The notes under the pieces are model-generated. The model was not told the DNA's origin, searched no databases, and saw nothing but the letters and a program-made list of their open reading frames with translations. Both the position numbers and the translations under genes were made by a program. A stretch of 64,000 bases of DNA from contig JAVLKG010000001.1 of assembly GCA_032128875.1 (NCBI GenBank), positions 1-64,000 of the forward strand. Reading direction: 5' to 3'. The DNA comes from Candidatus Melainabacteria bacterium 17Bon1m. GTDB taxonomy: Bacteria > Cyanobacteriota > Vampirovibrionia > Obscuribacterales > Obscuribacteraceae. This document shows, piece after piece, positions 58,791 to 64,000 of this stretch (its first letter is position 1; every line of letters begins with the position of its first letter).

Positions 58791-61019
58791 TTAGGAATTG
58801 TCGGCAAACTCTCTTGAGCCTGGCCCTTCAAAGAGTCTATATGCCTCTTTTACCAGCGTATTTTTTTCAACCGGCTCCGACGATGATGACTTCGGCGGTG
58901 CAGAACTCAGTGGTGTGTGCTCCCGTGGCTTCTGTGCGGGATTGCCGGAGCCACCCTGTCTCTGTGGCGCACCCGCAGGGCCCCCTGATTGTTGACTAGA
59001 ATGCGAATTCGAAGATGCGCCTGAAGGAGCATTATTGGGCGCTGAAGATTGGGCGGATGCAGGACGCTCCGCCGCGTATGCTTGAGGTTCAGGCTTTCCC
59101 GGCGAAGTACCGGCGGATGGAGCTCTGGGTCGTGGTTTCGTTTCCGGCGCCACAGTCATTGGCTTGATCTTCACTTGCAGATCTCTGCCGGTAGCTTGAG
59201 CAGCCGCTCGAATATAATCTATCTTTGTTTCCAGCGTTTTGAGCAGCATCTCTTTAACGCCGATGACCAGCTCATCTCGAGTAAGAGTAAGCGGGGCGCA
59301 CATCGATTGTAAAAGTGAATAGGTCGGTTTATGACGCTCTTGTAGTTGATCGAGAATCGCTGACCATACTTCGTCGATTTCGGTAAATGCCGTTGGTGCA
59401 GCCGGTTCTGCATACTCTTCTTCGGATTCTTCGTAAGTGACGATCGACTCGGGAACGATACTTTCTTGCGACGCGTCGGCGGTTGCTACGGCAGAACCTT
59501 CGTGATGCTCTGCAGCCGCATAATCCGGAGCCGGTGCAGCTTCGCTCTGCATTGGTGTCGAAGCGTAAGGCGCCGCATTATCGCTAGAAGCAGTTGCGGC
59601 AGGCGAAGCTTCCTGGACGGACGCAGCCGGTGATGAAGCTGCCGGAGATGCCGCAGCCGGCGCAGCTGCATGTTGTGCCGGAGCCGGCGCATGAGATGGA
59701 GTCGGAGCGTGAGATTGTGCCTGCATGTGAGATGCAGCGGGCGCACCGTGTGAAGGTGGCGGCGCACTATAAGATGGACTCGGCGCATGCGATGATGGCG
59801 CGTGTGACACAGGAGGAGCCGATGGAGGTCTCGGCGCCGGTCTCTGAGCGTGCATCGCCTGTGGTGGCACACCCGATGCCAGTCGAGATTCGAGATCCAC
59901 AACTTTGTCTTTCAATTGTCGCAGCTCTGTAATTTCCAGTCTATGGCACAAAGACAGCAAGCCGATTTCGAGGGCGAGGGCTGATTGAGTAGAACGGCGG
60001 CAACTTTGTTCTAGCGACGATAATTGCTCGACCATTTGAGCAAGTTCTGTTCTGTCAAACAATTGAGACTGTTCTGTCAGTGCCTGCAAATAAGATGGAG
60101 AGCCCATCACGGGGATCTTCAATTGCGCTTTTGCAAGATTGAGAAAGTGTTTTGATAGTTCCAGAGCAATGAGCGCTGGTTCTCTGCCCTCACCGAGCAA
60201 ACTGCTGGCAGCCTGTAAAACCGGCTCAGCGGCGCCTTCTTTTATTGCTTTGCTGAAATCGAGCAACACATCTTCTTTGACCGAACCCAACATCAGAAGC
60301 AAATCGTCCAGCTGAACTTGCTTATCTTTTGTCGCCAGCAGCGAGGCTTGATCCAGCAACCCGAGCGCGTCTCTTAGTCCACCGCCCGAGCGGCGAGCGA
60401 CGAGATCGATTGCCGCATCGTCAATATTGATGTCTTCTTTGGTCGCGACATTGCGCAGATGCACAGCCAATTCATCATGGTTGATGAGCTTGAACATCAA
60501 GCGTTGGCATCTGCTGATAATGGTTGGCGGAACCTTGTGCTCTTCGGTGGTTGCCAGAATGAATATAACGTTGGGCGGTGGCTCTTCAATGGTTTTCAAA
60601 AGAGCGTTAAACGCTTCTTTCGTGAGCATGTGGCATTCGTCGATGATGTAAATCTTGTAGTTGCCGCCGACCGTTATCGGCGCGCGTTCTATAAGAAGCC
60701 TGGCGTCATCCACGCTGTTGTGCGACGCCGCGTCGATTTCGATGACCGCAGGCGAATTGACTTGCTTTACTTCTATGCAGGAAGTGCACTCCAGGCATGG
60801 AGTGGGCGTCGGACCCTTCTGGCAATTAAGTGACTTTGCCATAATCCGGGCTGATGACGTCTTGCCGCAACCACGCGGACCAGTGAAAAGGTAAGCGTGC
60901 GCTACACGATCGTGCTCGATTGCATTGGTCAGCGTCCGCACAACCGATTGCTGACCAACCAGATCGCCAAGCGACTGCGGTCTATATTTAAGGTATAGCG
61001 GTTCGTATGTGCTTGCCAC
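58791..61019 (-). CDS. dnaX: DNA polymerase III subunit gamma/tau
   Basis: KYRPQ, GPRGCGKTS, EIDAAS, IDECHML and LKTIEEPP; Pro/Ala-rich linker. Confidence 0.96.
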   Translation of the reverse strand: MASTYEPLYLKYRPQSLGDLVGQQSVVRTLTNAIEHDRVAHAYLFTGPRGCGKTSSARIMAKSLNCQKGPTPTPCLECTSCIEVKQVNSPAVIEIDAASHNSVDDARLLIERAPITVGGNYKIYIIDECHMLTKEAFNALLKTIEEPPPNVIFILATTEEHKVPPTIISRCQRLMFKLINHDELAVHLRNVATKEDINIDDAAIDLVARRSGGGLRDALGLLDQASLLATKDKQVQLDDLLLMLGSVKEDVLLDFSKAIKEGAAEPVLQAASSLLGEGREPALIALELSKHFLNLAKAQLKIPVMGSPSYLQALTEQSQLFDRTELAQMVEQLSSLEQSCRRSTQSALALEIGLLSLCHRLEITELRQLKDKVVDLESRLASGVPPQAMHAQRPAPRPPSAPPVSHAPSSHAPSPSYSAPPPSHGAPAASHMQAQSHAPTPSHAPAPAQHAAAPAAASPAASSPAASVQEASPAATASSDNAAPYASTPMQSEAAPAPDYAAAEHHEGSAVATADASQESIVPESIVTYEESEEEYAEPAAPTAFTEIDEVWSAILDQLQERHKPTYSLLQSMCAPLTLTRDELVIGVKEMLLKTLETKIDYIRAAAQATGRDLQVKIKPMTVAPETKPRPRAPSAGTSPGKPEPQAYAAERPASAQSSAPNNAPSGASSNSHSSQQSGGPAGAPQRQGGSGNPAQKPREHTPLSSAPPKSSSSEPVEKNTLVKEAYRLFEGPGSREFADNS

Positions 61020-61148
61020 AGAATTTGGACCGTACGCGCCCAGCCAGTCTTGCGCCGTTTGAAACGAGACGCTTTACCCATGGATCCTAACCGATCAAGG
61101 GCAGTGATTTAAACAGATATACGAGAGCTTAGCTAAAAAAAGTGGGAT

Positions 61149-61916
61149 TTACTTCTTAGGCTCGTTTTTCTGGTCCGTCGATTTTTGGTCGGCCTTTCCA
61201 TCCGGCTTGGCGCTTGAGGATGTGCCCGCTGCGGCGCTGTTGCTCATTCCCGATTCCATCCTCACTCTTTCTTCCTGGACGATTTGGGCAACAATCGACT
61301 TGACTTTCGGCGTTACTACTTCGCCTGTCATCTGGGCCGACTCTTGCATTACTTGCGGCAAAACATCGAGAGCCTTCTTGCCAGCTTCTGTCTGATAGAA
61401 GTCAGAAATGTCATTCAACTCTTTTGCTGTGAAGTACTTGTCATAGACCTGTGTCGAAATCGACTCGAGTACGTCAGGAAGATTTATTTCTTTGGGAAGC
61501 AATTCTCTGTAGCGGCTAAACATGCGGGTTGATGAGGCGACAACTTGCTGCATCAGCTCGTTTTTCTGCTGGTCACCATATCGAGGATCTTCTTGGATGG
61601 AGCGGGCCAAATTTAGTTCGAAACTCTTCTGCCCTTGCGCCAAAAGCATGTCATACATCTTGTCGGCCACTTGAGGAAGACGAGTAACATCCATTAATCG
61701 CCTGATTGCATCTCTCTTTTCCGGTGACAGTTTTGCTTGAGCTGCGGTCGTTGCCGGCATGTTTGCTTCCGAAGGCGCTGGCGTCGTGGAAGGTGGAGCC
61801 GCTGAAGCCGATCTTTGGCAGCCAATTGAAATTGTCGTTGAAACCAGGACCACCAAAGATATACGGCACAAATCTCTGTGACTCATTTTCCCCTCCGCAG
61901 AATTCAAACAAATCAT
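61149..61916 (-). CDS. Exported DUF2059-like protein
   Basis: YDKYFTAKELNDISDFYQTEAGKK..LPQVM; start may be the downstream MSHR. Confidence 0.75.
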   Translation of the reverse strand: MICLNSAEGKMSHRDLCRISLVVLVSTTISIGCQRSASAAPPSTTPAPSEANMPATTAAQAKLSPEKRDAIRRLMDVTRLPQVADKMYDMLLAQGQKSFELNLARSIQEDPRYGDQQKNELMQQVVASSTRMFSRYRELLPKEINLPDVLESISTQVYDKYFTAKELNDISDFYQTEAGKKALDVLPQVMQESAQMTGEVVTPKVKSIVAQIVQEERVRMESGMSNSAAAGTSSSAKPDGKADQKSTDQKNEPKK

Positions 61917-61980
61917 ACCTGATTTGCTTCATCCCTTAGATTGCGTTGGAAAACTCTACTTTGCGATGAATTGGAAAACT

Positions 61981-63525
61981 CTATTTCGCGTTGAAAATGA
62001 GCAGGCTCACGACTTTAGGCGCTGTCGTCTTGCTGGTGTATGCCAATTGGAAGCTCACCTGGCTGATTGGATAAACGTAGTTTTGGCCGCCTCTGGATTG
62101 TGGTTCGGAGAGGATAAAGGCTGGTTCGCCAAACTTTTGTTTGACGGTAGCAAGGTCGTCTCCCAGCTTCACGCCGAAGTCTTGCGAGATGAGTGTTGTG
62201 TCGAAAATTCTAATCGCCTCTACTTGTCCATTGCGTGAATAAATTTGCAACGAGACTTCGTCGTTGCCTGCCTTTTGCAGTGACCAGACAGACCAGTCGT
62301 TGACTTTTGTCTTGTTGAGCTGACCCTTGCCGGCAAGGGCTTTGTTGGTTTCTGATTCGGAAGTTCCAAGGCGAACAAGAGGAATGCCCGTCACCACGCT
62401 TGGTGGCAGCAAAGCAATTTCGATCGGCTTGCCTTTATCGAAAGCATCAGCGTGGGACTGCTTTGGCGAAGACATCGACAAAATTGAGTTGTCCCGACCG
62501 AGGAATTCTCTGACATGTTTGAAAAGACTCGGCTCTGCCGGTGGTCTTTGAGCAACCATATTACCTTCGGCGACCCCGCCAAAAGGTTGTGACATTGGTG
62601 CAGCCGGTGCAGGCGGAACAGGGCGAGCAGTTGACGCTATCTTTTCAGATGGTTTTGCTACTTCTGACGCGGAGGATTCTTCGTCACCCATGGACGAGAA
62701 TTGAGAACCGCTGCCGGCCTTGTCATATTCCGTGATAAGCGGATTGGTCGAAATTACCTTGGAGGCTTTCTGCTCGTTGCGAAAAGCGGCGCCGGGGGCA
62801 TGGCGTTCGTCTGCGGGTTGATTACGAGCGGCGTTTGCATACATATTACCGCCGGCTCCTGCTTGAGCGCGGCCCACATTTTGCGCTAGTTGCTGTGCTT
62901 CTTCCAGCTTTTTGGCGACGTCGAACAATTTACTGCTCGAGGCTGTCAGACGTTGTCGGGCTTCGGGCGAGAGCCGATTGGTAATTTCGGTCGTGTCGAA
63001 ATTTTGAATGCCTCTACTGTTTGATACTTGATACGCGTTTGGTATGCTCGCGCCTGCGTTTGTGCTGGGCAGACCTGCGCCTATTGAAGCCGAACGGCTC
63101 ATTTTGCCCATAGGCTCTGCCATCGCCAGCGTTGTTTTTCTGTCGGCTTTGACTTTCGCTCTCGTCTTTTCCTTCAATGAGCTTTCCGGCGGTCTGATGG
63201 CGAGAAGTTGATCTGTTGTACCCGCGCTGGGAGAAGGCGCCGCGAGTGGGCTTTGCTGATACTGGAATGTTTGCTTGTTGCGAGACATAGCAATTTGAGG
63301 CAAATTGCGCATACGGCTGAGAATATCTTCGAGCAGTTTCACTCCCGCATGCGGTGGAGAAATGCGGGAGTGGTGAACGGCTACTTTAGCAACTGGAGCG
63401 GACTTTTGCGGAGCTGCACCGGCAATGTTTGCCAGCGAGATGGAGACAGCGATCAACAAAGTTGCGCTTGCGCTGATTTTGTTTACCGTAGATCGATTTG
63501 CTTTTGATCTGCTCTGTCTATTCAT
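61981..63525 (-). CDS. Secreted hypothetical protein
   Basis: Signal peptide, long low-complexity region, C-terminal repeats RLGTSE.E / GVKLGD..VKQKFGEP. Confidence 0.7.
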   Translation of the reverse strand: MNRQSRSKANRSTVNKISASATLLIAVSISLANIAGAAPQKSAPVAKVAVHHSRISPPHAGVKLLEDILSRMRNLPQIAMSRNKQTFQYQQSPLAAPSPSAGTTDQLLAIRPPESSLKEKTRAKVKADRKTTLAMAEPMGKMSRSASIGAGLPSTNAGASIPNAYQVSNSRGIQNFDTTEITNRLSPEARQRLTASSSKLFDVAKKLEEAQQLAQNVGRAQAGAGGNMYANAARNQPADERHAPGAAFRNEQKASKVISTNPLITEYDKAGSGSQFSSMGDEESSASEVAKPSEKIASTARPVPPAPAAPMSQPFGGVAEGNMVAQRPPAEPSLFKHVREFLGRDNSILSMSSPKQSHADAFDKGKPIEIALLPPSVVTGIPLVRLGTSESETNKALAGKGQLNKTKVNDWSVWSLQKAGNDEVSLQIYSRNGQVEAIRIFDTTLISQDFGVKLGDDLATVKQKFGEPAFILSEPQSRGGQNYVYPISQVSFQLAYTSKTTAPKVVSLLIFNAK

Positions 63526-63596
63526 TTATTGTCCCGTACTGTCCTGGTCTGTGTCATCCTTTCAACTCTATTTTGTACATGATCCTATCGCTGGCA

Positions 63597-64000
63597 CTAT
63601 GTGCTGGCTTTAGTTTCTTGTGACAATTTTGATTCCCAGTCGTCCAACTCCGACTGATTGATGAGACCGCGCTTGGTTGATAAGAAGACGGCGCGACATC
63701 TTTGATTGAACTCGGTATCGTGCGATTCGCCACGTCCCGGTATTCCAAGTTTGGCATACAGAGACTTGAGTCGGCTTTGTACAGCTTTCTCTGTTAAGTA
63801 CAAACGTTTGGCAATCGCGTGATCAGTCATGCCCAGCGCGATACAGACAAGTGCTTCGTATTCGGCTGTTGTTAAGTTGGTGGCTCTGTTTTGTGTGCGC
63901 TGAATGACCCGAGCGATACCAGGGTGAATCCAGCAATCGCCGGACAAAACAGCTTTGGTCGCTTCTACGACTTGCTCGTTGGACGCGTTTTTCAAAACGT
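63597..64000 (-). CDS. NarL/LuxR-family response regulator (5' end outside the window)
   Basis: LTTAEYEAL..IALGMTDHAIAKRLYLTEKAV..LYAKLG HTH motif. Confidence 0.8.
   Translation of the reverse strand, partial: VLKNASNEQVVEATKAVLSGDCWIHPGIARVIQRTQNRATNLTTAEYEALVCIALGMTDHAIAKRLYLTEKAVQSRLKSLYAKLGIPGRGESHDTEFNQRCRAVFLSTKRGLINQSELDDWESKLSQETKAST

Noticed and set aside
58791-61019. Programmed frameshift site in dnaX
   Set aside because: No A-AAA-AAG or long poly-A slippery site was seen after domain III.
61020-61148. SRP RNA (ffs) next to dnaX
   Set aside because: No domain IV CAGG..GGAA..AGCAG motif on either strand.

Overview
Bacterial chromosomal window with no rRNA, CRISPR array or intact mobile element. 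An RpaA-like regulator, several membrane Ser/Thr kinases, LRR/TPR proteins and no photosynthesis genes in the window suggest a non-photosynthetic cyanobacterial relative such as Vampirovibrionia/Obscuribacterales (inference). Core genes are tRNA-Leu(CAA), pcp, mqo, proS, htrA, plsY, der, acyP and dnaX. There are two two-component systems, three Ser/Thr kinases and an MBOAT plus 3x SGNH O-acylation operon. The most notable observations: (1) an apparently leaderless Pro-rich leader peptide (MHTHVTFGPPPSPRPRTTG) with mutually exclusive terminator/antiterminator stems upstream of proS; (2) an ECF sigma followed by a zinc anti-sigma domain fused in frame to an RpoD-type sigma; (3) a circularly permuted acyl-carrier-protein-like protein broken exactly at the phosphopantetheine serine; (4) twin TACCCGGGTA palindromes over a consensus promoter of a DUF2239 gene that looks ribbon-helix-helix-like; (5) a tandem histidine kinase whose two halves are reciprocally degenerate; (6) several unexplained structured or repeated intergenic elements. 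All calls come from reading motifs by eye; no searches or folding programs were run.
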